This document shows, piece after piece, positions 18,859 to 30,135 of a DNA stretch of 64,000 bases. Under the pieces are notes generated by a model. That model ran no database searches. It saw nothing but the letters and a program-made list of their open reading frames with translations, and was not told the origin of the DNA. The first letter of the stretch is position 1; every line of letters starts with the position of its first letter. A program made the translations under genes and the position numbers. Location of the stretch: the NCBI GenBank assembly GCA_966186435.1, contig CBIFWW010000001.1, forward strand, positions 1,463 to 65,462. The letters run 5' to 3'. Origin of the DNA: an uncultured Enterobacteriaceae bacterium (GTDB taxonomy: Bacteria > Pseudomonadota > Gammaproteobacteria > Enterobacterales > Enterobacteriaceae).

Positions 18859-18987
18859 ATGAACGAATTCAAGAGGTGTTTAAACGTGTTTACTCATACG
18901 CCATTCCAGGTCCGCATGAAACTGATCGCGATGATCGTTGATATGGTCAGCAGCAAATCGCAGAACGACCAAAAACCGCAATCCTGA
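18859..18987 (+). CDS. mntS: small manganese-homeostasis protein MntS (42 aa)
   Basis: Translates to MNEFKRCLNVFTHTPFQVRMKLIAMIVDMVSSKSQNDQKPQS, compared with E. coli MntS MNEFKRCMRVFSHSPFKVRLMLLSMLCDMV... An AGGAGG RBS sits 6 nt upstream. The ORF is below the ORF-track length cut-off. Confidence 0.9.
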   Translation: MNEFKRCLNVFTHTPFQVRMKLIAMIVDMVSSKSQNDQKPQS

Positions 18988-19210
18988 TCCAGGCTCGGCC
19001 CCGGGCCTGCTTTACCCGTGTGATTCAGTCACCAATATGTAAACATTAGTGTCTTTGCTACGGCCCATGCCGCATAAACCGCCCTACTTCATCCTGTCTT
19101 ATTTCATTTGCGTGCTAATTCTCAAAACAATCATTTACTAACTGTTGATATTCTCCTTCCAGACCTCTATCTTCTTGCAACCTGATGATCCCCCCTCCTT
19201 TTATAAGTTA

Positions 19211-19270
19211 AATAATTCCTGTTGCAGCCTGGTGCCAACCCCCCTGCAATATGAAGTATGACGGTTATAA
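19211..19270. repeat. internally deleted mini-ERIC element
   Basis: aataattcctgttgcagc...gccaaccccctgcaatatgaagtatgacggttataa matches both termini of the full ERIC at 513-630 (aataattcgcgttgcagg ... gccaacacccctgcggcgtgaagtgtgacgggtatag). It lacks the central part. Confidence 0.65.
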
Positions 19271-19335
19271 GTTCATCAGGCAGGTCTGGACCCGTACGCC
19301 AGGGTCAACGCATGGCGTATTTTTCGAAGTGAATT

Positions 19336-20919
19336 ATGAATTCAACAGTTAAAGAAGGTGTGTCTATCCGCGGTGTGGCTTTAGACCCGTGGGTGGGCTG
19401 CTATTTCCTGCAATCCTTATTGATTAATATCGCCCTGGGTTATGACTTTAGCCTGCTGTATGCCGTGGCCTTCACCTGCGTGCTGCTTCTGCTGTGGCGG
19501 GTGGCGCCTAAGGTGCAGAAGGGTATTTTGGTGGCTTACAGCTTATTAGCCGCCAGCTATTTCCCTTTTGGCCAGGTCTATGGCGCCCCCAACTTTAATA
19601 CCCTGTTGGCACTGCACTCCACCAGTATGGAAGAGTCTTCCGAAATCCTGACCATCTTCCCGTGGTACAGCTATGTGATTTCTGCCGTTATTCTCGGCCT
19701 CGGCTATCTCTCCCTGCGCCGCAAATCCTCGGCCCCGGGCCGCTGGCATCTGGGCTGGACCGCCGCACTGCTGTTTAGCATCGGGACGGTCTTCGTCGCC
19801 CCCATTACCAATTACCTCACCGGCTGGGGCTTTAAAATCTGGGAAACCGGCTATCCGGCCCTGCGTTTTATTAAAGATGTGGTGGTAAATAATCACGAAG
19901 TCCTTGATGAACAGGCGCGGATGCAGGCGTTGTCCAGTAAGAAAGACACCTGGAATGTGCTGGCGGTTAAACCGAAATACCATACCTACGTGGTGGTGAT
20001 CGGGGAGAGCGCCCGCCGCGATGCCTTGGGGGCTTTTGGCGGCCACTGGAAAAATACGCCCTTTGCCAGCCAGGTTAACGGTAAGTTGTTCACTGATTAT
20101 GTGGCGGCCAGTGGGTCAACGCAGAAATCCCTAGGGCTAACATTAAACCGGGTGGTAAAAGGCAAGCCGGAATATCAGGATAATTTTGTCACCCTGGCAA
20201 ACCGCGCCGGTTTCCAGACTTGGTGGTTCTCTAATCAAGGCCAAATCGGCGAGTATGATACCGCCATCGCCAGCATCGCCCGCCGGGCCGATGAGGTGCA
20301 ATTCCTGAAGAGCGGGGATTTTGAAGCGGATAAGAATACCCGGGATAAGGACTTATTAAAGCTAACTGCCCAGGTGCTGGCAAAACCTCGCCTGGAGCCA
20401 CAGCTGATCGTGTTGCACCTGATGGGTTCCCACCCTCAGGCCTGCGATCGCACCAATGGCAAATACGCTGATTTCGTTCAGTCTAAGGAAACCTCCTGCT
20501 ATGTATATAGTATGACCCAGACCGATGACGTGCTTAAGCAGCTGTACCAACAGTTGGAGCAGGCAGGGCAAAGCTTCTCAATGGTCTATTTCTCCGACCA
20601 CGGTCTGGCCTTTAAGGAACGTGGGACAGCGATGCAGTACCTGGCCCATGACGATGCTTTCCAGCAGAATTTCCAAGTGCCATTTATGGTGTTATCCAGC
20701 GATGATACCCGTCATCAGGTAATTAAAGCGCGCCGTTCGGCCAATGATTTCCTGGGTTTCTTTTCCCAATGGACTGGGATTAAAACTCAGGAACTGAGTC
20801 TCAAGTACCCCTTCTTGTCGAACAAGAAGGTGGGGACGGTGTATGTGACCAACTTCCAGCTACGCAAGGTGGATTACAACCACCTGGGACCCGACGTTTT
20901 CAACACCACCAGTCGATAA
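19336..20919 (+). CDS. ybiP: phosphoethanolamine-transferase-family membrane protein
   Basis: 527 aa, colinear with E. coli YbiP (..FYFLQSLLIN..YVVVIGESARRDALGAFGGHW..HLMGSHPQACDR..). Confidence 0.93.
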   Translation: MNSTVKEGVSIRGVALDPWVGCYFLQSLLINIALGYDFSLLYAVAFTCVLLLLWRVAPKVQKGILVAYSLLAASYFPFGQVYGAPNFNTLLALHSTSMEESSEILTIFPWYSYVISAVILGLGYLSLRRKSSAPGRWHLGWTAALLFSIGTVFVAPITNYLTGWGFKIWETGYPALRFIKDVVVNNHEVLDEQARMQALSSKKDTWNVLAVKPKYHTYVVVIGESARRDALGAFGGHWKNTPFASQVNGKLFTDYVAASGSTQKSLGLTLNRVVKGKPEYQDNFVTLANRAGFQTWWFSNQGQIGEYDTAIASIARRADEVQFLKSGDFEADKNTRDKDLLKLTAQVLAKPRLEPQLIVLHLMGSHPQACDRTNGKYADFVQSKETSCYVYSMTQTDDVLKQLYQQLEQAGQSFSMVYFSDHGLAFKERGTAMQYLAHDDAFQQNFQVPFMVLSSDDTRHQVIKARRSANDFLGFFSQWTGIKTQELSLKYPFLSNKKVGTVYVTNFQLRKVDYNHLGPDVFNTTSR

Positions 20920-20924
20920 CGAGT

Positions 20925-20954
20925 AAAAAAAATCCGCCCGAGGGCGGATTTTTC
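20925..20954. terminator. bidirectional terminator (ybiP / ompX)
   Basis: aaaaaaaatccgccc-gag-ggcggattttt between convergent genes. Confidence 0.85.
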
Positions 20955-20979
20955 ATTAATGCTCTGCTGTACCAGAGAA

Positions 20980-21492
20980 TTAGAAGCTGTAACCAACGCC
21001 AGCAATCCAGGTACCAACATCAACGCTACGAATACGAGACTGCTCGTAAGAGACGTCCAGCGCAACGTTTTCCATTGGGTTAAACTGCATACCAGCACCA
21101 TAGGAGAAGCCTACATCGCTGTTATTGCTGTCAACAGATGGGTAATCAGTCTGCTGGAGTTTACCGTAGCCCATGCCGACTACGCCATAGACGCTAGCCC
21201 AATCGTTCAGACGGAAGGCAGGACCGGCAGTGATACCGTAGTAAGAACCTTTGCTGTATACACCATCTTCAGTATTATTTTTAGAAGTGTAAGTGAAGGA
21301 ACCGATCATACCCAGCGGATCGTTGTCGAACTCGTAGCGATATTTCAAGTTGAAACCGCCAGCTTTGTTCTGAACGCCCTGCATATCGCTCTGAGCGTAG
21401 CCACCAGTGACGGTGCTAGTACCAGCGAAAGCGGAACCTGCGGAAACGGCCAGTACACAAGCCAGTGCTGAAAGACATGCAATTTTTTTCAT
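20980..21492 (-). CDS. ompX: outer membrane protein X
   Basis: MKKIACLSALACVLAVSAGSAFAGTSTVTGGYAQSD...VGTWIAGVGYSF has the 8-strand Ail/OmpX-family signature and is very close to E. coli OmpX. The start is taken at MKK rather than the ORF-track MVMKK. Confidence 0.95.
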   Translation of the reverse strand: MKKIACLSALACVLAVSAGSAFAGTSTVTGGYAQSDMQGVQNKAGGFNLKYRYEFDNDPLGMIGSFTYTSKNNTEDGVYSKGSYYGITAGPAFRLNDWASVYGVVGMGYGKLQQTDYPSVDSNNSDVGFSYGAGMQFNPMENVALDVSYEQSRIRSVDVGTWIAGVGYSF

Positions 21493-21857
21493 AACCACCT
21501 CAAATGTGATACAAGTAAACTCTAAGTTTTAAATATATCAAAAATTTGTTGGAACTTCTGCGTAGATTGTGTTGTCTAAACAAGCCCAACATGTAACATT
21601 TCGTTACCGATACCAAATAACTAAGTTTTAAGCCACGAATTTTATTCGGTAATTCACGATTATGTGCTGTTTAGTCAACCTCAGCCATCCAGATTTATCC
21701 TAAAAAACACCGCACAAAATGCACAGGTATGGATGAATTTTACTTTCATTTCAGTATTTTTCATCAATGAACTCTCAACTAGATTAACCAATTCCGGTAC
21801 ACTGGCGGAACTTTGCACGTAGATCGTAATCACTGACAAAAACTGACAGGACATTTC

Positions 21858-22739
21858 ATGCCCGCCCCATCACGTCAATTGCCCGCCTGGCTGCCCATCC
21901 TGGTACTCATTATATCGATGATTTCAATTCAGGGCGGCGCATCGTTAGCGAAATCGCTCTTTCCGCTGATTGGCCCTGAAGGTGTCACCGCCTTACGCCT
22001 GGCATTAGGGACACTGATCCTGGCGGCAGTGTTTAAGCCTTGGCGTCTACGCTTCCAGCGTAACCAGCGGGTCCCGCTGCTGTTTTACGGGCTGGCTTTA
22101 GGCTGCATGAACTATCTATTCTATTTATCCCTACGCACTGTGCCCTTGGGGGTTGCCGTGGCACTGGAATTTACCGGCCCTTTGGCGTTGGCGCTGTGCG
22201 GCGCCCGTAAGCCCCTTGATTTTGTCTGGGTCATCCTGGCAGTTTTAGGTTTATGGCTGCTGCTGCCGCTGGGTGATGGGATTTCTCAGGTTGACCCGGT
22301 TGGAGCATTACAGGCATTAGGGGCCGGAGTGTGTTGGGCCATCTATATACTGACTGGCCAACGGGCGGGTGCAGAACATGGCCCAGCTACGGTAGCCGCC
22401 GGTTCATTAATCGCGGCATTGGTATTTGTGCCTGTGGGCGTATTCCAAAGCCTGGGAATGGACTGGAGTTGGGCAGTTCTGCCGCTGGGCCTAGGTGTGG
22501 CGTTGCTCTCCACTGCTTTGCCTTACTCGCTGGAAATGATTGCCCTTACCCGCCTGCCCGCCAGAACCTTTGGCACCTTAATGAGTATGGAGCCTGCCAT
22601 GGCAGCTTTGTCCGGGGCGCTGTTCCTGAGCGAGCGGCTCTCCGGGATGCAGCTTTTAGGGCTGTTGGCGATTATCACCGCCTCGATGGGGTCCAGCCTG
22701 ACATTACACCGGGCCACCCGTCTTGAGTCCCTTGATTAA
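21858..22739 (+). CDS. rhtA: threonine/homoserine exporter (DMT/EamA family)
   Basis: 293 aa, colinear with E. coli RhtA (..IQGGASLAKSLFPL..VTALRLALGTLIL..YSLEMIALTRLP.RTFGTLMSMEPA..). Confidence 0.93.
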   Translation: MPAPSRQLPAWLPILVLIISMISIQGGASLAKSLFPLIGPEGVTALRLALGTLILAAVFKPWRLRFQRNQRVPLLFYGLALGCMNYLFYLSLRTVPLGVAVALEFTGPLALALCGARKPLDFVWVILAVLGLWLLLPLGDGISQVDPVGALQALGAGVCWAIYILTGQRAGAEHGPATVAAGSLIAALVFVPVGVFQSLGMDWSWAVLPLGLGVALLSTALPYSLEMIALTRLPARTFGTLMSMEPAMAALSGALFLSERLSGMQLLGLLAIITASMGSSLTLHRATRLESLD

Positions 22740-22751
22740 TTCTTAATTTTA

Positions 22752-22773
22752 GCGGCGCACCTGCCTGCGCCGC
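22752..22773 (+). terminator. GC hairpin after rhtA (possible terminator or REP-like hairpin)
   Basis: gcggcgca-cctgcc-tgcgccgc: 8-bp stem with no clear T-run. Confidence 0.35.
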
Positions 22774-22931
22774 AAGGCTCTCTGCCCCGCCCCACTAGGG
22801 CTTTACTGTTTAATTCGTGCGGTTAAGCCACCTTATAACCGATGGTCAAATGCTCGCCAATACTACATATTACCTGTTGATTATTATTCATATTATTAAT
22901 GGCAAACTCCCTTGTACTATTGGACCGATAG

Positions 22932-23522
<591 letters not shown>

Positions 23523-23533
23523 GTAACGCCCCC

Positions 23534-23559
23534 AACTCCCTCTCGCCGGAGGGAGTTTT
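23534..23559 (+). terminator. dps terminator
   Basis: aactccctc-tcgccg-gagggagtt followed by TT. Confidence 0.7.
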
Positions 23560-23702
23560 GCACCATCATCGCGCATTCCTCTGCACCAAAACCCGCCAGT
23601 ACGTTACCTTTCTGTTATCATTTCCACACTCAATAGTTAAAGATTGATTGTTCATGCGCCACTTTGTGGGTAAAACTAGCTATAGGCTGGCTGATGTTTA
23701 AG

Positions 23703-23732
23703 TGCACCAAAACAGTGCACCAAAATGATGCA
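23703..23732. promoter_or_regulatory. two overlapping NtrC (NRI) binding sites
   Basis: TGCACCAAAACAGTGCA (23703-23719) and TGCACCAAAATGATGCA (23716-23732) both fit the 17-bp consensus TGCACCA-N3-TGGTGCA. They lie about 100 bp upstream of the sigma-54 promoter, as at E. coli glnHp2. Confidence 0.75.
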
Positions 23733-23802
23733 CTCTGCTGGCTAACTTGCAAAATCGTGACACTCTATTAGCTTTCATTTCAGATAAATCAGCACTTTAT
23801 AA

Positions 23803-24630
<828 letters not shown>

Positions 24631-24642
24631 TATGTAGTACCC

Positions 24643-24662
24643 GGTGTGGCTTCGGCCACACC
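24643..24662 (+). promoter_or_regulatory. intercistronic stem-loop with UUCG tetraloop (glnH-glnP)
   Basis: ggtgtggc-ttcg-gccacacc: perfect 8-bp GC-rich stem, 12 nt after the glnH stop, with no T-run. Confidence 0.5.
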
Positions 24663-24719
24663 TGTCTAAAGGGCGCCATTCGCCCCGCGCATTTGAACCA
24701 CGGTAAACAGGACATAATC

Positions 24720-25379
24720 ATGCAGTTTGACTGGAGTGCCATCTGGCCTGCCATTCCCATTTTGCTCGAAGGGGCAAAACTCACACTTTTAATTTCGGTA
24801 TTAGGTTTAATGGGCGGCCTGGTGATCGGCCTGGCGGCGGGCTTTGCCCGTACCTATGGCGGCTGGATCGTCAACCATATTGCCCTAGTCTTTATCGAAG
24901 TGATTCGCGGCACCCCGATTGTGGTGCAGGTCATGTTTATCTACTTCGCCCTGCCCATGGCCTTGCCGGATCTGCGCATCGATCCGCTCACGGCGGCAGT
25001 AGTGACTATCATGATCAACTCCGGCGCCTATATCGCGGAAATTACCCGTGGTGCCGTGCTCTCTATACATAAAGGCTTCCAGGAAGCCGGCCTGGCGTTG
25101 GGGCTTTCCCGCCGCGAAACCATTCGCCATGTGATCATGCCGCTGGCCTTACGCCGCATGCTGCCACCGCTGGGTAACCAGTGGATTATCAGCATTAAAG
25201 ATACTTCACTGTTTATTGTTATTGGCGTGGCTGAGCTGACCCGTCAAGGCCAGGAGATTATCGCCGGTAACTTCCGCGCCCTGGAAATCTGGAGCGCCGT
25301 CGCCGTTGTCTACCTGATCATCACGCTCATTCTGAGCATCATTCTGCGCCGCCTGGAAAAAAGGATGAAAATCCTGTGA
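24720..25379 (+). CDS. glnP: glutamine ABC transporter permease
   Basis: [20 protein letters not shown]... is colinear with E. coli GlnP (219 aa). The ORF-track start 24693 adds 9 non-homologous residues. Confidence 0.95.
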   Translation: MQFDWSAIWPAIPILLEGAKLTLLISVLGLMGGLVIGLAAGFARTYGGWIVNHIALVFIEVIRGTPIVVQVMFIYFALPMALPDLRIDPLTAAVVTIMINSGAYIAEITRGAVLSIHKGFQEAGLALGLSRRETIRHVIMPLALRRMLPPLGNQWIISIKDTSLFIVIGVAELTRQGQEIIAGNFRALEIWSAVAVVYLIITLILSIILRRLEKRMKIL

Positions 25380-26098
25380 TTGAATTTAAAGACGTCTCTA
25401 AGCACTTCGGTAAGACCCAGGTGCTGCACAATATCGACCTGAACATTAAACAGGGTGAAGTAGTAGTGATTATCGGGCCATCTGGCTCCGGCAAATCTAC
25501 CCTGCTACGCTGCATCAACAAACTGGAAGAGATCACCAGCGGTGAATTGATTGTTGATGGCCTGAAGGTTAACGACCCAAAAGTGGACGACCGCTTAATT
25601 CGCCAGGAAGCCGGGATGGTATTCCAGCAGTTCTACTTGTTCCCCCATCTGACTGCCCTGGAAAACGTAGCCTTTGGGCCTATCCGGGTACGCGGCCTGA
25701 AAAAAGAGGCGGCGAATAAGGTCGCCATGGACTTGCTGGAAAAAGTAGGTCTGGCCGAACGGGCCAACCATTATCCTTCCGAGCTGTCCGGTGGCCAGCA
25801 GCAGCGTGTGGCTATCGCCCGTGCGCTGGCGGTAAAACCGAAGATGATGCTGTTTGATGAACCCACCTCCGCCCTGGACCCGGAACTGCGCCACGAAGTA
25901 TTAAAGGTCATGCAGGATCTGGCAGAGGAAGGCATGACCATGGTCATCGTCACCCACGAAATCGGCTTCGCTGAAAAGGTGGCTTCACGGCTGATCTTTA
26001 TCGATAAGGGCCGTATTGCCGAGGACGGTGAACCACAGGCATTGATCGCCAACCCGCCAAGCCAGCGGCTGCAAGAGTTCTTGCAACACGTATCCTGA
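25376..26098 (+). CDS. glnQ: glutamine ABC transporter ATP-binding protein
   Basis: 240 aa with Walker A (GPSGSGKST), signature (LSGGQQQR) and Walker B ([11 protein letters not shown]) motifs. It overlaps glnP by 4 nt. Confidence 0.96.
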   Translation: MIEFKDVSKHFGKTQVLHNIDLNIKQGEVVVIIGPSGSGKSTLLRCINKLEEITSGELIVDGLKVNDPKVDDRLIRQEAGMVFQQFYLFPHLTALENVAFGPIRVRGLKKEAANKVAMDLLEKVGLAERANHYPSELSGGQQQRVAIARALAVKPKMMLFDEPTSALDPELRHEVLKVMQDLAEEGMTMVIVTHEIGFAEKVASRLIFIDKGRIAEDGEPQALIANPPSQRLQEFLQHVS

Positions 26099-26102
26099 TC
26101 CT

Positions 26103-26129
26103 AAGCCCCTCATTGCAGGGGCTTTTTTT
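26103..26129 (+). terminator. glnHPQ terminator
   Basis: aagcccct-cattgc-aggggctt followed by T7. Confidence 0.85.
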
Positions 26130-26217
26130 CGCATTGAGAATACTCCCGCTTTTAAACCCACCCGTTGGGAGCCGCTATACTTTACTGCCGTGTGCCTTTC
26201 TCAACCTGGAGGAGCCT

Positions 26218-28452
26218 GTGCGCTGGCTAACTTTATTCTTTTTAGCTTGCCTGAGTTTTCAGGCCGGGGCCGCCGCCCTGCCCTATGCGCCCACCAGCGC
26301 CAATAGTGATAAACAACAAGACCAACCGGAGCCAGACCTGGCGCAGAAAAAAGCCGCCTACGGGGCGTTGGCTAATGTGCTGGCAAACGATCAGTCACGC
26401 AAGGAGTTGATTGGCCAGTTGCGACAGGCGGCACAAACGCCGCCACCGCAGCCCGTCCCCGCCATTACACCGCCCCAGGCCAACGAGGATGATCCCACGG
26501 TGCTGGATAACCTCAATGCCATGAGCCGCCGCTACGGGGCTGAACTAGCGGATAATTTTGCCCAGTTAAAACGCAATATCACCGGGCAGCCCTACAAGCC
26601 CTTCCACCCTAAAACCTTTACCCGCGCCCTGAGCCACTTTTTAATGCTGGCGGCTAGCGTATTCGCCATCTTCCTCGGCCTGCGTTGGGCAGTGTCGCCG
26701 CTCTACCGGCGTATGGGCCAATGGGGCAAGCATAAGAACCGCAGCCGCTCCAGCTGGTTCCATCATCCGCTGGCTATCATTGGCGCCTTTGCCATCGATT
26801 TGCTGATCCTCGGGCTGGTGCTGTTTGCCGGCCAGGTACTAAGCAGCCTGATGAATGGCGGCAGTGCCACCATTGCTCGCCAACAGGGGTTATTTCTCAA
26901 TGCCTTTGGCCTGATTGAATTCTTCAAAGCCATTTTGCGGCTGATGTTCTCCCCGCGCTTCCCGGATCTGCGCCCCTTCCCGGTGGCCGATAACCGCGCC
27001 CATTACTGGAGTACCCGCCTGAGTGGGCTAAGTAATCTGGCGGGTTATGGGCTATTGGTGGCAGTGCCGGTGCTCTCCAACCAGGTGAATATTCAAGCCG
27101 GGGCGATTTGTAATGTGCTGGTGATGTTAGGGGTCACCCTCTGGGCTTTGCAGCTAATTTTTCGTAATAAAGTCCAGGTGCAACAAAGCCTGATTGGCCT
27201 GGCCGACCGTACCCTGGCGTTCTTTAGTCTGTTTATCCGCGGCTTTGCCCTAGTGTGGCACTGGCTGGCCTGCCTGTATTTTATCGTGCTGTTCTTCTCT
27301 TCGCTGTTTGATCCGGGCAACAGCCTGAAATTTATGATGGGCGCTTCCTTGCACAGCGTGGCGATAGTGAGTATTGCGGCACTAATATCCGGGGTGCTGT
27401 CACGCTGGATCGCCAAAACGGTGACGCTCTCCGATCAGGTACAGCGTAATTATCCGGAGCTGCAAAAGCGGCTAAACAGCTGGATTTCTATGGGCCTGAA
27501 GCTGGCGCGGATCCTGACGGTGTGCTGTGCCATCCTGCTGTTACTCAACACCTGGGGTCTGTTTGATCTCAATGGCTGGCTGAGTGGCGATGCCGGGCAG
27601 AAAACCGTGGATATCATTATCCGTATCCTGCTGATCCTGTTGTTCTCCGCCGTGGGCTGGACGTTACTCGCCAGCCTGATTGAAAACCGGCTAGTCTCAG
27701 ATATTCATGGCCGTCCATTGCCCAGCGCCCGGGCCAGAACCTTGCTCACCCTGTTCCGCAACGCGCTGGCGGTGATCATCAGCACCATCACGGTGATGAT
27801 TGTGTTATCGGAAATCGGGGTAAATATTGCGCCATTGCTGGCCGGGGCGGGTGCCCTGGGGCTGGCTATCTCCTTCGGTTCCCAGACCCTGGTGAAGGAT
27901 ATTATTACCGGGGTGTTTATTCAGTTTGAAAACGGCATGAATACCGGGGATCTGGTGACTATTGGGGCCATCACCGGGACGGTGGAGCGGATGTCGATCC
28001 GCTCGGTGGGGGTGCGTCAGGATACCGGGGCTTATCACATCATCCCCTGGTCTTCGATAACTACCTTCGCCAACTTCGTGCGTGGGATCGGCTCCTTTGT
28101 GGCGAACTATGATGTCAGCCGGATTGAGGATGTGGATCAAGCCAATAAGGCATTGAAAGCCGCGGTAGAGGAACTCATGGAGCGGCCAGAGATGCGGGCG
28201 CTAGTCATTGGCGAGCCGTACTTTGCCGGGCTGGTGGGGCTAACCAACACCGCATTTACGCTACGGGTAACCTTTACCACCCAGCCATTAAAGCAATGGT
28301 CGGTGCGTTTTGCGCTGGATGCCGCGGTGAAGAAGCACTTCGATCTGGCCGGGGTGCGGCCACCGGTGCAAACCACGGTGCAGTTTGTCGGCGGCGAAGC
28401 CCCTCCCCCTTCCGGGGTGGAAGGGGCTTTACCCGGCCAAGCGACTACTTAG
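26218..28452 (+). CDS. ybiO: MscS-family mechanosensitive channel (large, with periplasmic N-domain)
   Basis: Colinear with E. coli YbiO from VRWLTLFF (GTG 26218, with a GGAGG RBS 5 nt upstream) through the MscS core (..[41 protein letters not shown]..). The ORF-track start 26113 is an upstream extension. Confidence 0.9.
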   Translation: MRWLTLFFLACLSFQAGAAALPYAPTSANSDKQQDQPEPDLAQKKAAYGALANVLANDQSRKELIGQLRQAAQTPPPQPVPAITPPQANEDDPTVLDNLNAMSRRYGAELADNFAQLKRNITGQPYKPFHPKTFTRALSHFLMLAASVFAIFLGLRWAVSPLYRRMGQWGKHKNRSRSSWFHHPLAIIGAFAIDLLILGLVLFAGQVLSSLMNGGSATIARQQGLFLNAFGLIEFFKAILRLMFSPRFPDLRPFPVADNRAHYWSTRLSGLSNLAGYGLLVAVPVLSNQVNIQAGAICNVLVMLGVTLWALQLIFRNKVQVQQSLIGLADRTLAFFSLFIRGFALVWHWLACLYFIVLFFSSLFDPGNSLKFMMGASLHSVAIVSIAALISGVLSRWIAKTVTLSDQVQRNYPELQKRLNSWISMGLKLARILTVCCAILLLLNTWGLFDLNGWLSGDAGQKTVDIIIRILLILLFSAVGWTLLASLIENRLVSDIHGRPLPSARARTLLTLFRNALAVIISTITVMIVLSEIGVNIAPLLAGAGALGLAISFGSQTLVKDIITGVFIQFENGMNTGDLVTIGAITGTVERMSIRSVGVRQDTGAYHIIPWSSITTFANFVRGIGSFVANYDVSRIEDVDQANKALKAAVEELMERPEMRALVIGEPYFAGLVGLTNTAFTLRVTFTTQPLKQWSVRFALDAAVKKHFDLAGVRPPVQTTVQFVGGEAPPPSGVEGALPGQATT

Positions 28453-29383
28453 CTAACCGCAGGCCTGCCCGGCGCTGGCGCTGGGCGTCGGTCATATAAC
28501 TCCAGGCCAGGATACGGCTCTGCTTCTGGCCCTGGCTCATTTCAATTTTGCTGACTTTAACCGCCCCGGCCTCCTGCAATGCCCGGTATAGTGGCGGCAG
28601 ATTGTCGCCACGGGAAACCAGCGTGGTGAACCACACTACTTGCTTAGCATAGGTCTGGCTCTCTTTGATCATCTGACTGATAAAGGCTACTTCGCCCCCT
28701 TCACACCATAACTCCTGCTGCTGGCCGCCAAAGTTGAGCAGCGGGCTATCGTCTTTCAGGCCCAGGTTGCGGCGTTTACGCTCGCTCCCGGCTCGGGCAG
28801 CGCTAGCGGAATCATGGAACGGCGGGTTACACAGCACCGCATCAAACATTTCTGTTTTATGGATGATCCCGTCGAAAATCGCCTGATTTTTCTGGCGGCG
28901 CAGGCGGATGGCTTTCGCCAGGCCCGGGTTGCCATTAACAATGGCCATGGCGCTTTTCAGGGCTTCATCGCTGATTTCACTGCCGGTGAAACGCCACTGG
29001 TATTCATGCTGACCAATCAGCGGATAAATACAGTTGGCTCCGACGCCAATATCCAGCACCGTCGCTTGAAGAGGTAGCGGGCCACCCTCTGCCAGCAGAT
29101 CCGCCAGATAGTGGATGTAATCCGCCCGGCCCGGCACCGGCGGGCATAAAAAGCCTTCCGGAATGTCCCAGTGCTTCACGCCATAGAAATGGGCAAGCAG
29201 TGCCTGGTTCAGGGTTTTCACCGCCTGAGGATTGGCAAAATCAATGGTCGGTTCACCGGCTGGAGACGGCCGCACAAAGGCCTCCAGGGACGGACAATCC
29301 TTGATTAATGCGTTAAAGTCATAGCGGTTTTGATGGCGGTTACGCGGGTGAAGCCCCGCCTTACGCGGGCTAACTGTTTTCAT
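28445..29383 (-). CDS. rlmF: 23S rRNA m6A1618 methyltransferase
   Basis: 312 aa from [23 protein letters not shown]..., with the SAM motif [14 protein letters not shown] and the NPPFH catalytic motif. An AGGAG RBS precedes this ATG. The ORF-track 444-aa version is a 5' extension over the divergent gene. Confidence 0.92.
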   Translation of the reverse strand: MKTVSPRKAGLHPRNRHQNRYDFNALIKDCPSLEAFVRPSPAGEPTIDFANPQAVKTLNQALLAHFYGVKHWDIPEGFLCPPVPGRADYIHYLADLLAEGGPLPLQATVLDIGVGANCIYPLIGQHEYQWRFTGSEISDEALKSAMAIVNGNPGLAKAIRLRRQKNQAIFDGIIHKTEMFDAVLCNPPFHDSASAARAGSERKRRNLGLKDDSPLLNFGGQQQELWCEGGEVAFISQMIKESQTYAKQVVWFTTLVSRGDNLPPLYRALQEAGAVKVSKIEMSQGQKQSRILAWSYMTDAQRQRRAGLRLAK

Positions 29384-29479
29384 CGGCTTTCTCCTGTCAG
29401 GGCGCGTAAGATACCCCCAACCCGGGCCGGGGTAAATACAGACCGGCCCTATGGCCCCATTTAAATAAGGAGTAACGGT

Positions 29480-30100
29480 TTGAGTCGCTATTTTTATCGC
29501 CCCACGGAAGGCCATGGCCTGCCTCACGATCCCCTTAATGCCATCGTTGGCCCCCGGCCCATTGGCTGGATCGGCAGTATCGATCGCCAAGGCCGCCATA
29601 ATCTGGCCCCTTACAGTTTCTTTAACTGCTTTAACTATCGCCCACCGATAATTGGCTTTTCTAGCAGCGGCTGGAAAGACAGCGTGGCGAATATCGTTGC
29701 TACCCGGGAGTTTGTCTGGAACCTGGCCACCCGTCCATTGGCAGAAGCCATGAATGAAACTTCGGCGTCTGTACCCCATGGAGAGGACGAATTCCTGCGT
29801 ACCGGGCTAACGGCGATTCAGGGCCGGGAAGTCGCCGCACCGATGGTGGCGGAAAGCCCGGTGAACTTTGAGTGTCGGTTGTCACAATGCATCCAATTAC
29901 AGGGCGCTGACGGTAGTTTAATTGATAGCTGGCTGGTGCTGGGCGAAGTGGTGGCGGTACATATTGATCAATCCCTGTTGGTAGAAGGCATTTACCAGAC
30001 AGACCTTGCAAAACCCGTGCTAAGAGCCGGAGGCCCTTCGGCTTATTACACCATTGAAGCCGCCAATAAATTTGACTTAGTTCGCCCTGACGCCCGTTAA
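29480..30100 (+). CDS. flavin reductase-like (FMN-binding split-barrel) protein
   Basis: 206 aa. The segment ..[28 protein letters not shown].. is typical of the flavin_reduct (DIM6/NTAB) family. It has a TTG start 7 nt after AAGGAG. Confidence 0.8.
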   Translation: MSRYFYRPTEGHGLPHDPLNAIVGPRPIGWIGSIDRQGRHNLAPYSFFNCFNYRPPIIGFSSSGWKDSVANIVATREFVWNLATRPLAEAMNETSASVPHGEDEFLRTGLTAIQGREVAAPMVAESPVNFECRLSQCIQLQGADGSLIDSWLVLGEVVAVHIDQSLLVEGIYQTDLAKPVLRAGGPSAYYTIEAANKFDLVRPDAR

Positions 30101-30107
30101 AGCAAGG

Positions 30108-30135
30108 AAAACAATGCCATATATGTCATTGTTTT
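30108..30135 (+). terminator. AT-rich hairpin after the flavin reductase gene (weak terminator candidate)
   Basis: aaaacaatg-N10-cattgtttt: 9-bp stem ending in T4. Confidence 0.35.

Noticed and set aside
19251-19352. 33-aa ORF (MKYDGYKFIRQVWTRT...) starting inside the mini-ERIC and overlapping the ybiP start
   Set aside because: It has no Shine-Dalgarno sequence, begins inside a repeat element, overlaps ybiP out of frame, and resembles no known small protein.
28445-29779. 444-aa version of the rlmF ORF, and similar 5' extensions in the ORF track (rhlE to 35664, ybhS from 39066, ybhP from 46922, moaA to 53637, moaE to 51382, bioB to 61131, bioC to 58959, uvrB to 56955, ybiO from 26113, glnP from 24693)
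   Set aside because: The extensions have no homology to the E. coli proteins, and they often overlap the neighbouring gene or the divergent promoter. In each case an internal start with a good RBS reproduces the conserved N-terminus.
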